A stretch of DNA of 64,000 bases from Amoebophrya sp. A120 (lineage: Eukaryota > Protista > Dinoflagellata), in assembly GCA_905178155.1 (NCBI GenBank), contig CAJINV010000002.1:2881074-2945073 (forward strand). The letters run 5' to 3'. Below the pieces are notes generated by a model that worked only from the letters and a program-made list of their open reading frames with translations, did not search any database and was not told the origin of the DNA. Below are positions 37,601 to 52,600 of this stretch, in pieces; the stretch's first letter is position 1, and the number at the start of each line of letters is the position of its first letter. The position numbers were made by a program, and so were the translations under genes.

Positions 37601-40600
37601 ACAAGCATGACAAACTTGCACTCTTCCAGACGGAGACGTTTTTGCATTTGATAGAGCAACATACGTTGGAAGACATGTGGTCCGCCGCCACGAGGTATCA
37701 AATGCAAAAATGTCTGGGTCTGGAAGGATCCGAACTTGTGATGCGAATTCCACTACACGCGCAAATCTCTCATGCAAAGGCAGCAAAAGGTGCCGATTTC
37801 CTGTGACCAAAAACAGGGACTTGTGATGCAGATTAAGCATTGCGGAACGTTCTCGAAATCTGTGATGCTAGGGCTTCCATAACAGACCTTCTGTGTCATG
37901 CAAAAACAGCATGGCAAAAATCTGCATTCTTCCAGACCCAGACATTTTTACACTTGATACGAGGGACGTTTCCCAGGAACAAATCGAAGCCGAGCTGGTG
38001 CAGAATTTGGAGCAGTTTCACTGGCACACCTTTTATCAGATGCAAAAGTATGTCTCGGTCTGGAAGATTGTGACATTTGTCATGCTAGTCTGGCATGACT
38101 CTGAGCTCTGTATTGCGTGGCCACAAACACACTTTATCGCCTGTCATGCAAAGACGCAGTTTCTCATGCGGAATACGCAGCACACAGGCACGAAAAAAAC
38201 TTGTCATGCTTGGCGGCGCATTGCAGTCGTGCACGTGTTATTGACTGACTTGCATCACAAGTTTCCAGACCCAGACTACATATTTGCAATGCATATCTTT
38301 GTCGCGCTGCGTTGCTTGAAGGAGGACGCTCTGAAAAAATTTTTTTCGGACGTGGAGGAAGACGACGACGAGGAAAAACCACCTGAGAGCAGTGGTAGAA
38401 CTGCTGCTGGTCGTGCTTCTAGAAGTGCTGCAAGTTCTTCCGGGAGAAGCCGGAGTACTAGTAGACATTCAAAAGCAACGGACAAGAACAGTACCAAGGA
38501 AGAAACCGAAACAAGTCAAAGTGGAACACAAAATACAAACGATTCTACTTCAACTTCATCTAAAACCACGTTTTCGGATATGGACGAGATACTGGAACAG
38601 CAGGACTTTGCGGCTTCCGAGGATGTAATGGAAAGAGATGCTATCAAATGTAAAAATGTCCTCTGGGTCTGGAAGATCATGCAGATTTTACATGACATAT
38701 GACGTCTGTAATGCATAACCTGGCATCACAGATTTTTAGCGGGCTTTCTGATGCCTATCCGGCATGAGAAATACCCTCTCCATGTAGCACAGACTGGACC
38801 CCTCTTGCTGGTCATGCAATACAGATTATTTTAGAACGCCCCCCCCAGTGCAGGATAGATGATGATGATGAACGCAGAGACAGCATCACAAGTTGCAATC
38901 TTCCAGACCCAGACACTTTTGCAGTTGATAGATGCCGCGTACCGGAATCGGAGAGCTGCTATGGCGTTCTCAAACGTTACATCCTCAACTGTTACATGAA
39001 TCTGTGATGCAAGAACAGCAAATGTGAAAGCGGAAAGCTACTTGCGCGCTTTGCATTACAAATTTGCTGGAACGGATTATCATGCTGCTTAGCCCTTCGA
39101 GAATTTGTCATGCTGAGCACCTTGGCGATCGTGTGGAGGCTGATGGCAATTCTGCATAACAAATCCGTGTAACAGTTCTTGAGAATGCCATAGCTGCCGC
39201 CCACAAGTTGTGGTCCATGCTGCTGTATCCTGTGCAAAAGCATCGTACTCGTATTGCAATTATGCATTACAAATTTTGTTCTGAAGCTAAATCCGCATTA
39301 CAAATTTTATTTCTCATGCTGAGGAAATTTGTATTGCATTTATACGAGTGCGATACTTTTGCAAGGCATATGCTGCTGCTGAAGCGATTGTGGCTCCACG
39401 TGCATTATCCACTGCAAATTATATGTCGGGGTCTGGAAGAATACAAACTTGTCATGCAGAATTTCCATGCCCCATGAGGTCTGGATCTGGAATGCAGGAC
39501 CTAGGATAACAGGTTCTGCGATTTGTTCTCTATCATCCCTAGCCTGCATGAGAAATAACTCCCACTCATCATGTTGGTCAAAAAAGAGCAACTTTATTTG
39601 GTGATCACGCAAGACAGATTTTTGTGTGATCCACAGGACGCATCACAAGTTTGCTCCTCCCAGAGATCCAGGGATATTTGCAATGCATATGCACGTGAAG
39701 AGCATGGCGGCCTTGCGCAATATCCTGTGCAAAAGTATCGTACTCGTATAAATGCAAGTCTTGCATTACAAATTTTCTTCTCAAGGTAAATCCGCATTAC
39801 AAATTTTAATTCTCATGCTGAGGGAATTTGTCAAGCTTTTATACGAATACGATACTTTTGCAGTTCATACGCAAGGACGAAGAGCGAAACTTCTGGGAAA
39901 TCTTCACGCTATGAATTGCAAATATTCCTGGATGTCTGGAAACTTGTGAAGATGCTGTGTGGCGTAATATCACGAGGAGGCCACAAGTGCTGGCTCAGCA
40001 TGACAAGTTTCTGAGCTTCTAGGTGTTGTCTATCCTGCATGACAAACTGCGTTTCTGCATGCCAGCACGAAAGTTTGGCTCTTGGGTAACGTGCACAATG
40101 ACAGATTTGAGAGTCATGCCAGACAAGCATGACAAACTTGCATTCTTCCAGACCCAGACATATTTGCACTTGATACACGCGAAAAAACCACGAAACCGCT
40201 TTCCAGTGCGGGCAGCGGCTGAGTATGAAGAGAAAGAAGTTCGTCACAGTCACTAACTTGCAGGCTTTGCATTACAAATTTTCTTAGCATCACAAATGTT
40301 CCTTGTATTGCAGAAACACTAGGGAAATCCCCAATGAAGTTTGGCTGTGATGCATTTTTACGCATGACAAGCAATTTTGTATTGCAAAGATGCGCATGCG
40401 TGATCGTGACGAACTTTTTTGTTTGATACTGAGCCGTTGCGTGCTCCTGCAGAACGCGTTCGGGCTGCTCAGCTTCGACCACCACCTGGATCGTGAGAAC
40501 TTCGAATATGACCTGCTCAAACGTTACAATCTCAGAAGTTACAATAGAGTCTGGATTTTGACGTATTGCATGATGAGCATGACAGACTCGGACAGTATTC

Positions 40601-43600
40601 CACCACTTTCTGCAATACAGATTTCGCCAAATAAAAACTGTAGTGCGATTCGGATCTGCTCCGGAACTTGTCATGCGCAATTATCTTGTGGAAGCAGGGT
40701 GGTTCATGCACTTCTTGTTGATTCTCGCATCACAGACTTCCATATTCTATTGTAACGTTTGAGATTGTAGTAACAACTGAGCAGGTTATATCGAAAACGA
40801 CGACTTTTTCCAGCCGCCAACCAATCTGCTGGGTCCCTCGCTGTCCAAGAGCCGGCGCAGCACCGACGCCCGAATGGTGGTTTGGTATTGGTTTCACATG
40901 CAGGAGAAGGCGCTTATGGGTGGTGGCGCAGCAGCAGCACCTTCATCTTCACCTTCATCATCATCATCTGCCCCAAAAACTTTTCAGAAGAGGTCGGACC
41001 TGATGCGGCCCACGCAGCTGCTCCCCTTGCACGACATTTTTGAGCAGGATTTGGTGTGCAAATACTGTCGCTCCGCCGCGTTTAAGGAGGGGTCTTTCGA
41101 AAGTTACGATCGCCGATCGGATGTGTATATGCATTGCAAAAGCATTGTAGATAGTACAAATCGCAATACAAATTTTTTCAGAAGGAAAAATGGAGTTTGT
41201 AATGCTGATTTGGCTAAGAAACAAGATTTGTCATGCATGAAAGCAATTAGGACGGGCACGATACTTTTGCAGAGCATAGTGTACGGCTGGGACTCGGAGT
41301 CGCGCATCACCCGGCAACGCGTGATGCGGTATCAAATGCAAATATCCCTGGATGTCTGGAAATAACTTGTGATGCAAGGAGGGGAATGGTGAAAGCACTG
41401 TAATGCGCTGCCCCGCATGACAAGTTTTGCCGTGGTTCTGAGTTGCGTAGTACTCCGCATGGGAACCTGCGTTTTTGCATGACAGGCAAGCGGAGCAGCC
41501 CTTCGCGGCCACGCAATACAGAGTTCAGAGTCATGCCAGACTAGCATGACAAATCCCGCAATCTCCCAGACCCAGGCATTTTTGCATTTGATATGCGGGT
41601 AAGTGAGACGATTCTGGAGGTCCCCCGGATCCTGCAGTACGTCCAGCACAGCTGCCCGCCAGACCAGGTTTTGCTCACGCGGGAGGTTCGGATGCCGGCC
41701 GATTACGATGCCTGCCACAATGCCATCATCTGGAATATTATGGAGAGAAAAAAGTTTGTCACAGTCATCAGCTTGCAGGTTTTGCATTACAAATTTTTTT
41801 AGCATCACAAATTTTCCTTGTATTGCAGAAACACTACGGAAATCCCTAATGAAGTTTGGCTGTGATGCAGTTTGACGCATGACAGAAAATTTTGTATTGC
41901 GAAAATGCGCACGAGTGATCGTGACGAACTTTTTTTGTTTGATAAATATGTGGGACACCCACTTTCAGTGCGGGTCCCAAATCCCCGTGACCAAAGTGCA
42001 CCAAAGAACCCTCGGGCGGTACTGCGTATGCGAGAAAAAAACTGTGTAAGTGTAAGTCTGTAATGCAAAAAATGCAACACAGCTACGCTTGTCATGCTCC
42101 GCATGCATGATAGGCTCGTTTCCTACGTGTTTACCCGTCCTATCTGCGCATGACAAGTTTTTCCTGTCGTGGCAGACAAACAACTTGTGATGCTGTTTGC
42201 CCAAAAGACCTAAACCAACACAGTTTTTTTCTTGGATACTGCGGGCTCCGCTGCTACCGGTACAAGCCCAATCGGTGTTATCGAAAGGAAAAATCCCCCC
42301 TCCCCATATCAAAACGGAATTTCTGATGCTGGATTTGTGTACACAAATCAGGTTTGTATTGCAGAGAGGCACTGCGGCCAAATCCCCAGGCTAGGTAGGG
42401 GCGAATGGGTCTAGTTGTTCAGCATGGCAAGCGGGTCACTTTTAGGGCCAACAGCATGGCAAATCGCTCCCATAGTGGGGCGGAAGCTTCTGCCCTTGTC
42501 TTCTTGCAATACAAATGTGATTTGTGACCTCAAATCAGCAACACAAATTTTCGGAAACATACCTTTTCGATATGGGGAGGGGGGATTTTTCTTTGCAATC
42601 GGTGTCCGTTGTTGTTCGGAAGGGACAACGTTTTTTATGACAGTGCACAACTCCCCCTCGTCGTTCTCATTTCTCATGCAGAATACCAAATCCACGCTTT
42701 CCCTCCTGTCACTATTATGCATGACAAGTTCTGGTAGCCCAAATAGCATTATACTCCAGTGCAAATTTGTCATGCAAAACCGGCACTCTTGCTGATGCTT
42801 GTATTGCCGTTCATTCTATATAAATGAGGCGGAGGGGGAGTTGTGCACTGTTATATTTTCCCACAAAACCTGCAGGGCGGGGAGGAAGAAGACGAAGAGG
42901 AACAAGCAGCGAAAACGAGGAGGTCGTCGTCCCTGGGACTTGGACGCAACTACTGGTCCGAGCCCGCGAGCTATCACACGTCGAAAAAAGTGTAGTTAAT
43001 ACAGTTACACGTTTGTTGTCAATTCAGCAGCACAAATTTCGTTGCATGAAGGAGAAAATTTGCAATGCAGAAATCCTACGGGAATAAAACACGTAGTACG
43101 AAACAAGGCTCGTCCTATGCATATCCGGCATGACAGAGCTTGTCTGTCTTGCTTGGCCTGCAACACAATGTGTAAGAACTGTAAACTACGCTTTTTATTT
43201 CTTGCGATACGGGCCTGGAAGTCCAGTGCGAAGACTGTTCGCTCAGCGCGCATGTAGTGCTGGAAGAAGAGGATGTGCGGGGTTCTATCCTATGTAAAAA
43301 CGTCCCCAGCACCCCATAGTCAAGTTGGCAAATCTGCAACACAAATCTCCAAGTTTTGGGAGTTGTGCATGACAAAGCTCCATCTGCAGTGCAGTGCTGG
43401 TTAGCAAGGGCAGCCGCATGAGAAACCCAGCTTGTCACATCCTGTTTACAGCATTACAAAGTCCAAAACACTATTGGAAATAGTGTCTCTCATGCTCATG
43501 GAGATGCGCATTACAAATGTTCCTGTCATTGCGCATTTGCATGACAACCCTGGGGTGGGGACGTTTTTCTTTTTGCTGAGGATAGGTGCCTCGGGCAGGA

Positions 43601-46600
43601 GCCGGGTCCTCGCCCCCCTGACCAGGTGGTCCCGGAAGAAAAAAGGGGGCGCTCTGTACCGACGCCTCGGGCTGATGACCCGGCTCAACGAGACAGAGGG
43701 AAGGAGAACGTTCCGGGACCCGGGCAAAGATGAACACTTATGAAGTGCAAAAGCATCGTACAAGCCCCGCATTACAAATTTTCTCAGCATGAAAAATCGA
43801 ATTCGTCATGCTGTTTCACCTTGCAAAGGAAATTTGTCATGCATGTTTAGAATTAGTACGACGAGTGCGGTACTTTTGCACAGGATGACACTACGAGCTG
43901 GGCAAGAACGTCCCGAAGTTCAGAGACCTGATTATGGGATTCTCAAACGTTACATTCTCAACTGTTGCAGCGTGATTTGTCATGCAGAAACACTATCACG
44001 CTTCACACTCTCAAGCTTCTTCGCATGACAAGTTTTCGACGCGCAGCTAAGCAGCATGATAATCCGTGGCAAATCTGTGATGCAAGACGCGCAAGGTTCC
44101 CCGTTTCCATGTTGCTGTTCTTGCATCACAATAATTCATGTAACATTTCAGAATGTAACGTTTGAGAGCGGCATACTGATGCGGCTGCAGCCGTTTGAGA
44201 CGAACGACGCGTTTGTAAGCAAATTGTTCGAAAGCGAGGGCAAGTCGGCGGTGGTCAGTCCCTGGACCCGCACGGGGTTTCGCAGTGACCTGGGAGTGCA
44301 ACCGGTCACGCGCACCCCTTATCAAGTGTAAAAATGTCTGGGTCTGGAAGAATACGAACTTGTCGTGCAGATTTTACATGGCCCGTGACGCCTGTGATGT
44401 ATTCCCTGGCATCACAGATTTTCTGAGTGCTTCTTGATGCCTATTCCGCATGACAAATGGCCTCCCCGCGTAGCAGAAACTGGGCGTCTCTAGCTGGTCA
44501 TGCAATACAGATTTTTCTAGAATCCAAAATTAGCATCACAGGTTGCATCCTTCCAGACCCAGACACTTTTACATTTGATACCCCTCTTGGCATGACCACT
44601 GCGGGAGGTGGTGGCCCCGCCCTCGGCAAGAACCAGCAAGCGGTTTTATCATTTGTAAAAACGTCCCCACACCAGAGTCAAGATGGGGATTTTGCAACAC
44701 AAACCTAGAAGTTTTGTGAGACACGCATGACAAGTTGCACTCCGCAGCTTAGTGCAGGTTAGCAAGTGCAGCCGCATCACAGATTCATCTGCTCATCCTG
44801 TTCACAGCATCACAAATTCCAAAACACGACTGGAAATGGCTCTCATGCGGATGCGCATTACAAGTCTTCCTGTCTTTGCAAATCTGCATTACAACTCTGG
44901 CGTGGGTACGTTTTTACTCAGGATAGGATGGTCGTGGCCCCGCCCTCGGCAAGAACCAGCAAGCGGTTTTATCATTTGTAAAAACGTCCCCACACCAGAG
45001 TCAAGATGGGAAGTCTGCTAGACACATCAGCCAGCTTTGGTCGTTTGGCATGACAAGTTTCTCCTCGTATTGTAATTTCCTGTTTAGGCAGTTCAGCAGC
45101 ATCACAGATCTCGCACATCATGCTGATTCAAGCATCAAAATAAAGTCGAACTCCGAAACACTACTAGAAAATGCCTCTCGTGGCGCTCCGCATGGCAATC
45201 TTTTTTGGCATGCAGATTTGCATTACAACTCTGGTCGTGTGGGGACGTTTTTACTCAGGATAGGTTTCGCGGATGAGGATGACCAACGAGATCGGGGCTT
45301 TGTTGAAAGCCGGTGGACCTATCGCTAGCCGCAAAACTTCCCTCCACCTGCCCTACCCCGCGCAGAAGCCGTATTCCTACGTCCTGCCCTCGATCGTGCG
45401 GTACCGAAGCGTGATTGCCTCGAAGCTGCTATCCACAGAAGTGCAATACGTATAATTTTTGTGGTACTCCTATCGTGAATTGCAGTCTTGCATGACGAAT
45501 CTCACTCCTATACGGTAACTCAGCATTACAAATTTTCATTTTTGAACTTAGGAAAACGAAGATAAAATTTGTGATGCAATTCCGACTAGTAGTACTATAA
45601 GACATTTTTGTATGTAGTGAGGTCACCGAACGGTTCTAACCGGGGAGTTTTTTTGCCATCTCCCCTGAAAAACGACCGGCAGTTTTCAAGCGGCCGGAAG
45701 CGTTTTTTGACAGAAAAAGTTTCCAATTATCAAGCGGCCGGGGCTTTGAAGTCAAACAAGCCCGGTCGAAAACTATCGATTCGCACTTGATAAAACGACG
45801 CAGGGGAGCCGGCAAAAGGGGCGCCCTTCTGAGGCGCCCACCGCCTTAGTTTCTGGCGATTTGGGGCGCCCAGAAAAGGGCGCGCAAAAAACGCGCCCAA
45901 AATCAGAACAGCGAAACAGCATGGCGCGGCCGCGATTTCGGAGCATTTTGGGCGGCCGCGAAAGCGGCCGCCTTTTCGCCGGTTTCAGAGCCTGGGAAGC
46001 TTTGCAAAAAGCGCTGGCGAGAAATAGAAAAACGCAAAAAAGAAAAAGCGCGCCAGACGCGCAGAGCCAATCCGCATGCTATGGGCCCGGTTTTTCCTCG
46101 CTTTTTGGGCGCCCCCCGTGGCGCCCGGATCGGCCTCATAGCATGGGGGCTGGCTTTCGGAAAGGAATTTCGAAAATTTGTCAAAATTTGCGACGCTTAT
46201 CAGGCGGCCGCCATACCGTGGGGCCTAACGTTACTCACGGCGGTATGGCGGGCCCAGAAAAATCAAAGCCGCGGCCAAGGCGACGGCCGGCAAGAAAACG
46301 CCCACGACCTCACTACCTCCGCCCCGGCGGCTATATTTGGTATTATGCATAGCTGCCCGACTGGGAGGACCCAAAGCAGAAGATTGTGGACGCCCAGGGC
46401 ATATGCATTGCAAAAGCATCGCACTAGTAGTACTAAATCGCAGTCATGCATCGCAAATCTTGTTCCCAAGGTAAATCTGCATGACAAATTCCATTTGTCA
46501 TGCTGAGGGAATTTGTCATGCGTTTTCTACTTAGGTGCGGTGCTTTTGCAATGCATAGGGCAAGCTCCACATTTTTGCGCGGCAGCTCGACAAAAAAGTG

Positions 46601-49600
46601 TTTGGGGGCGCGTGGAACATGTACTCGGGCGCGCTCGAGGAAGTGTTATGGATCGCAAATATGTCTCGGTCTGAAAGATTCTTGCAACTTGTCATGCTAA
46701 ATCCGAATGATCATGGAAAAAAAATAAAATCTCTGTTGCATGAGTGCCAAAAGTAGCTGTCCACTGTGAGGAACCGCCAAGTCGGGAGGGAGTTTCTTAT
46801 GCAGGATAGGCATGGCAAAGACCTCACAGAGTCTGTCATGCTAGGTCCCGCATTCCAGACCTCTTGGGTCCTGGAAACCCTGCGTGACAAGTTTACACTT
46901 TCTCAGACACAAGTGCGGTTGATAAGTGTTCGACTACGACAAGATGTCGCCCCACAACGATGCCATCTGGCATATGGCGTTCTCAACAAGCGTTTTTACA
47001 TTCTGAATTGTCACATGTTGAGTTTGTCATGCAAAACTACCGTAAGCCGCCAGATGATGAACAAGCTGCGTCGCATGACAAATCTCCGACAGCATCTAAA
47101 CAGCATCCAAATCTGTGCCAAATCTGTGATGCGAGAGCCTCAAGCGTGCCTCTTTGCCTGTTGCTGTTCTTGCATATACAACAATGTCTTCATGACGTAA
47201 GAGTTGGGAGTGTAGCGTTTGAGAACGCCATAGGGCAGAAGAGACTGGCCGAGGTCCAGCACGGCGAGGACGGTCTTAAGGCGGGCGGGGGGGACAACTA
47301 TCAAATGCAAAAATGTCTGGGTCTGGAAGAGTGCAAGTTTGTCATGCTTGTCTGGCATGACTCGAGAATCTGTGTTGCCTAGGCACGATGAAAAGGCCCT
47401 CTCACCTGTCATGCAAAATAAACGCAGTTTGCCATGCGGAATACGTAAGACATGGCAGCCAAAAAATTTGTCATGCATAGCTACGTTTTGCAGTGCCATG
47501 CGTCTACTATCATTCACTTTTAGCATTATAAGTTTCCAGACCCAGATCGATATTTGCAATCCATAACAACCCCGACGACTACATTGCCCCCGCTCCCGTG
47601 CTTAGCGAGGAAGCCATCCGGAACCTGATCGACATCGGGTGGCAGGGCGCCCAGGGGGACCCCACCGGTGCGGAGGACGCGGAGATGTTGCACGACCACG
47701 CCATCTTTAGCGAGCGGGTCCAAGAGGTGCGAGTTGACCGCAAGCCGCCCCGCACCCAGGAGGAAACGCTCCAGGTGGGCGAGCAAAAGCGTTGGGAGCC
47801 ACTGCCGTTAGAAAAGGATACCCGGCGCGGGCCGCACACCGCGCGATATGCACTGCAAAAATGTCTGGGTCTGGAAGGATGAAACTTGTCATGCTGTCTT
47901 TGGAGTCTAGAAAAATCTGTATTGCGTAGGCCGCAAGAGGAGTCCAGTTTTTGTTACGCGGAGGGGGCATTTGTTATGCTGTATAGGCATCAGGAAGCCT
48001 TCGCAAAATCTGTGACGCTAGCGCATACATCACAGACATCATGGATCATGCAAAATGTGCATGACAAGTCCTCCAATCTTCCAGACCCAGACATTTTTGC
48101 AATTCATACGCGACGGTTTTTGACCATGTGGCGGAGCCTTCTCGAGCAGGGACTTGTATGCATTGCAAATGTCCCTGGATGTCTGGAACAGTGCAACTTG
48201 TGATGCTGCATTTGGATGCTAAAAAAAATCTGTATTGCATGAGCAGCAAGATGAGCAGTCAAAAAATTTTGGCAACGCCGATCGGGCATTTCTCATGCGG
48301 GACGCGCATCGATAACAGGCGCTCAGAAGATCTGTGATGCTAGGGCATACATAACAGATATTGCGGACCATGGAAAATGTGCATAAAAACAAACTTGTCC
48401 TCTTCCAGACCCAGACATATTTGCAGTTTATAACTCGTGATCCAGGGCGATTCTTACGCGCCCTTTCAGCACATGAAAAATGCCGCGGAGGCGGACGATC
48501 GTGCGGAGTTTTTGCACAACAAGAAGTTCGCGATCCCCTTTCCCACGTACGAAACAGTGCACAACTCGCGTCGCCCCTCCCTGCCCTCATTTGTCATGCA
48601 AAATTCCAAATCCACCCTTTGCCTGCTACCTCTTTTTGCATGACAGAGTGCCCCGGAATCCAAAACAGCACTACAGTCCTCTAGTAGGAATTTGTCATGC
48701 AAAAGCTGCATCTTTGCCAGCGCTTGTGTTGCTGTTCATGCAATACAAATGAGGGAGAGGGACAGAAGTTGTGCACTGTCATACCACGGGGCGCATGATC
48801 CGGGACATGCAGGGCATGTGGAACCCCTGGTTTCAAGCCGAAAGCCCGCACGTTATGAATTGCAAAAGCAACGGAGTAGTATAAATTGCATTACAAATTA
48901 AGTAAAAATTGCATCAAATTAAGTAAAAATTGCATTACAAATTAAGTAAAAATTGCATTACAAATTAAGTAAAATTTGCATTGCAAAAGCAACGGAGTAG
49001 TATAAATTGCATCAGATTTCACATGTCAAGTAACGCACACCGGCCTCCTAGCAAAAAATTAATGATGAATTTATATGAGAAAGAGGGGCCTAATCAAAAA
49101 AAAAAAAAAAAAAATTGCATTACAAATTTGCTCAGCACGAGAAATGGAATTTATCATGCTGATTTGCCTTGGGAACAAGATTTGTAATGCAAGACTTACA
49201 ATAGTACTTTTGCACAGGATACACGTGATCCCCTTTCAATTCTACAATTACGCCGCCCGAAAGCTCGCGATCGTGGACTCCCGCCGGGGATCCTCGCTCC
49301 GCCTGGAAATGGTATGACAGTGCACAACTCCACCCCCTCCCCCTCATTTGTCATGCAAAATACCCAATCCACCCTTCGCCTGTTAGCGCTGTTTGCATGA
49401 CAGATTCCGGAATCCAAAACAGGAGCACGACAATCCTCTACCTGCTAGGAATTTGTCATGCAAAAGCTGCATCTTTTAAAGATGCAAGCGCTGGCAAAGT
49501 AGAAATGGGGGGCAGGGAGAGTTGTGCACTGTGATAAAGGGACTCCTACCGCCACAGTAGAGCGTTGCGCCGCAACCGCGGGGCGCCCTTGCTAACCTTC

Positions 49601-52600
49601 CTGTTGTCCACCATCATTCCGCACATCCAGAGCATATGGCGTTCTCAACTGTTAGACATTCTCAACTGTTCTCACATGGATTTGTGATGCAAGAATGACA
49701 AAAGTTAAAGGGGTCACCTTGCGCGTCTTGCATGACAGATCTGGCAAAGATTCTCAGCCTGTTTGGCACTTTGGGAATTTGTCATGCGAAGCAGCTCGAT
49801 CGTGTTGATTCTGATTGTGATTTTGCATTACAAATCATGCAACAGTTCACAGTGTAACACTTGAGAACGCCATAGAGCAGACAGGACCAAGACTGGGTGC
49901 AGCGTTTGGTGCCCTTCCCCAGGGCGGCGGGGGAAATAGTCTCCTCATCTGCTCCTGCGCCGCCCGGCGGAGATGAAACAAACAAAAACCGAACGAAGAC
50001 CGGATCACTAGGGCACACCTTCCGTGTGTTCGAAAAACTAGATCCAGCTACGATGCCTACGCCACTTTATCAACTGCAAAAATGTCTGGGTCCTGGAGAA
50101 TGCAAATTTGTCATGCTGAGTCTGGATCATGCAAAAATCTGTGTTGCGTGATTGCCAAAAGTTGGTCAATTTTAACCAAGTTGAGATGGAGTTTCTCATG
50201 CAGGATAGGCATGATAGAGATCTCACGGAGTGTGTTATGCTGAGTCCTGCATTCCAGAGCTCAGGGGTCATGGAAAATCAGCATGACAAATCCCGGAATC
50301 TTCCTGAACCAGACATTTTTGCAATCCATACACTTTACTGCGATGACATGTTTTACACCGGCTACACGTCGAAGGATGCAGTACTGCAAGGAAAAATCCC
50401 CCCTCCCCATATTGAAAACGTATATTCTGAAAATTTGTGATGCAGATTTGTGACCACAAATCTTGTCTGTCTTCCTAGAAGGCAAATCCAGGCTCTCTGC
50501 TACGCTATGCAGGCGATTTGTAATGCTGTAAGGACTACAGGGCAGCCGCCTACCATGCTAGGCGCCTACACTAAAGGGCCCCTATCTAGGCTTGCGATCT
50601 GCGTGCAGTCCTCCACTGCAAGACACACCTGAGTGGTGTACACAAATCCAGCATCATAGATTTCCTTTTCGATATGGGGAGGGGGGATTTTTCCTTTTGA
50701 TATGCAGAGAAAAGTGGCTTGGAGCGCAACTACCGGGAACAGTGTCTGCCCGTGTACCGGCTCCAAGACCTCGCGCTGCACCAGCAACTGCAGGACTTTT
50801 TGCGGAAGCACTACCCCCAGCTGCGGCGGTTCCGCGACCTCCGGGCCGAGCTGGCAGATCTGGTTTTTCAGTTATCCAATGCAAATATGTCTGGGTCTGG
50901 AAACTTGTGATGCTACGCTGCAAATAGTGAATGCTCTGTAATGCACATCCAAGCATGAGAAATATTTGTGCGGCTTATTATTGCGGTTTCTGCATGACAA
51001 ACTGCGTTTTTGCATGACAAGCCAAATGGTCTCTTCTTGGACACGCATCAGAAACTTTTCAGTGATGCCAGACAAGCATGCCAAACCTTGCATCCTTCCA
51101 GTGACCCAGACATATTTGCAATGCATATCAGTTGTCTGCGGATTATCGACGGGATAACATGTGGCTCGAGCGGCAGCGGCGGCACCTGATGATATGCATT
51201 GCAAAAGCATCTTACTGTTACTAGTAGTAGCAATTGCAATACAAATTCGCTCAGCATTACCAATGTAATTTGTCATGCTGATTTGCCTTGGAAACGAGTT
51301 TTGTAATGCATGACTGCGATTAATAGTACGAGTGCGATACTTTTGCACAGGATAGATGACGGGCGGCAACGATTTGCTGGGCGATTTTCTGGAGGCGGCG
51401 GGCACGTTTATGCACCAGGGCGAGGAGGGCGCAGAAGACGTGGTGGAGGCGTTGGACAAAACGGACTACTCTTCGTATCCTGAGCAAAAACATCCCCACG
51501 GCCCCAGAGTCAAGATGGGGAATCTGCTAGACAAATCAACCACGTTTGGCTGTTGCGCATGACAATGCTGCCCTCGTATTGTAGTCCTGTTTGTGTACGC
51601 TAGTTCAGCGGCATCACAGAGCTAGCACATCATGCCAATTCGGGCATCACAAATTCCAGAATACGACTAGACAATGCTTCTCAGCATGGGGATCCGCATG
51701 AGAAACATTTTTAAGAGTGCAGCTTTGCATGGCAAATCTGGTGGTCTCGGGACGTTTTTACACAGGATACTTCGGGGGGCTTGTTCACATGCGATATCGA
51801 CGAGGAGCTCGAACTGGACCGGCTATGCATTGCAAATGTGTCTGGGTCTGGATTTGTTATGCAAGGCTTCAAGGACAACAAAATCTGTGATGCATGAATA
51901 CGATTGGCCATTTTTTTTGTCGTGCTGGAAGTTGCCAGCTTGTAATGCTAAACACGAATGAAGCCGCAAAAAGCCGGGTATAACTCGTCTTGTCATGCTG
52001 TTATGCCGTACAAGGAGCCAGTCTGCTATGCAAGTATCAGCAACACAAGTTTCCAGACCGAGACACATTATTTGAATTTGATACCGGCATTTGGTATACC
52101 ATGGCGATTTTTTCTACAACTACGAGATCGCGGCCCAGAAGGGCGGGGTGGGCGAGGGCTTCAATCTGGCCATCACCCCATATCCTGAATAGAAACATCC
52201 TCACCCCATAGTCAAGATGGGAAATCTGCTGGACAAATCAACAAGCCGTGGGTGTTGCGCGTGACACGTTTGGCCTCGTATTGTAATACTGTTTAGGTAG
52301 TTCAGCAGCGTCACAGATCTAGCGCATCACGCTGATTGGAGCATCACAAGTTCCAAAACACGACTAAAGAAGGCGTCTGATGGGGCTCCGCATGGGAAAT
52401 ATTCTCATCATGCAGATTTGCATTACAACTTCTACAGAGTGGGGACGTTTTTACTCAGGATACCCCGGACGAAAAGGCCACGCTGCAAAAGCACATCTCC
52501 CAACCGGCACCCCACCCGCAGGTCTTCGCGCTGCTCTGTGTACCCAGTACGATCAGTAAGGCGGAGATTACGAAAACGGAACGCCTGGTCCGCGTTGGGG

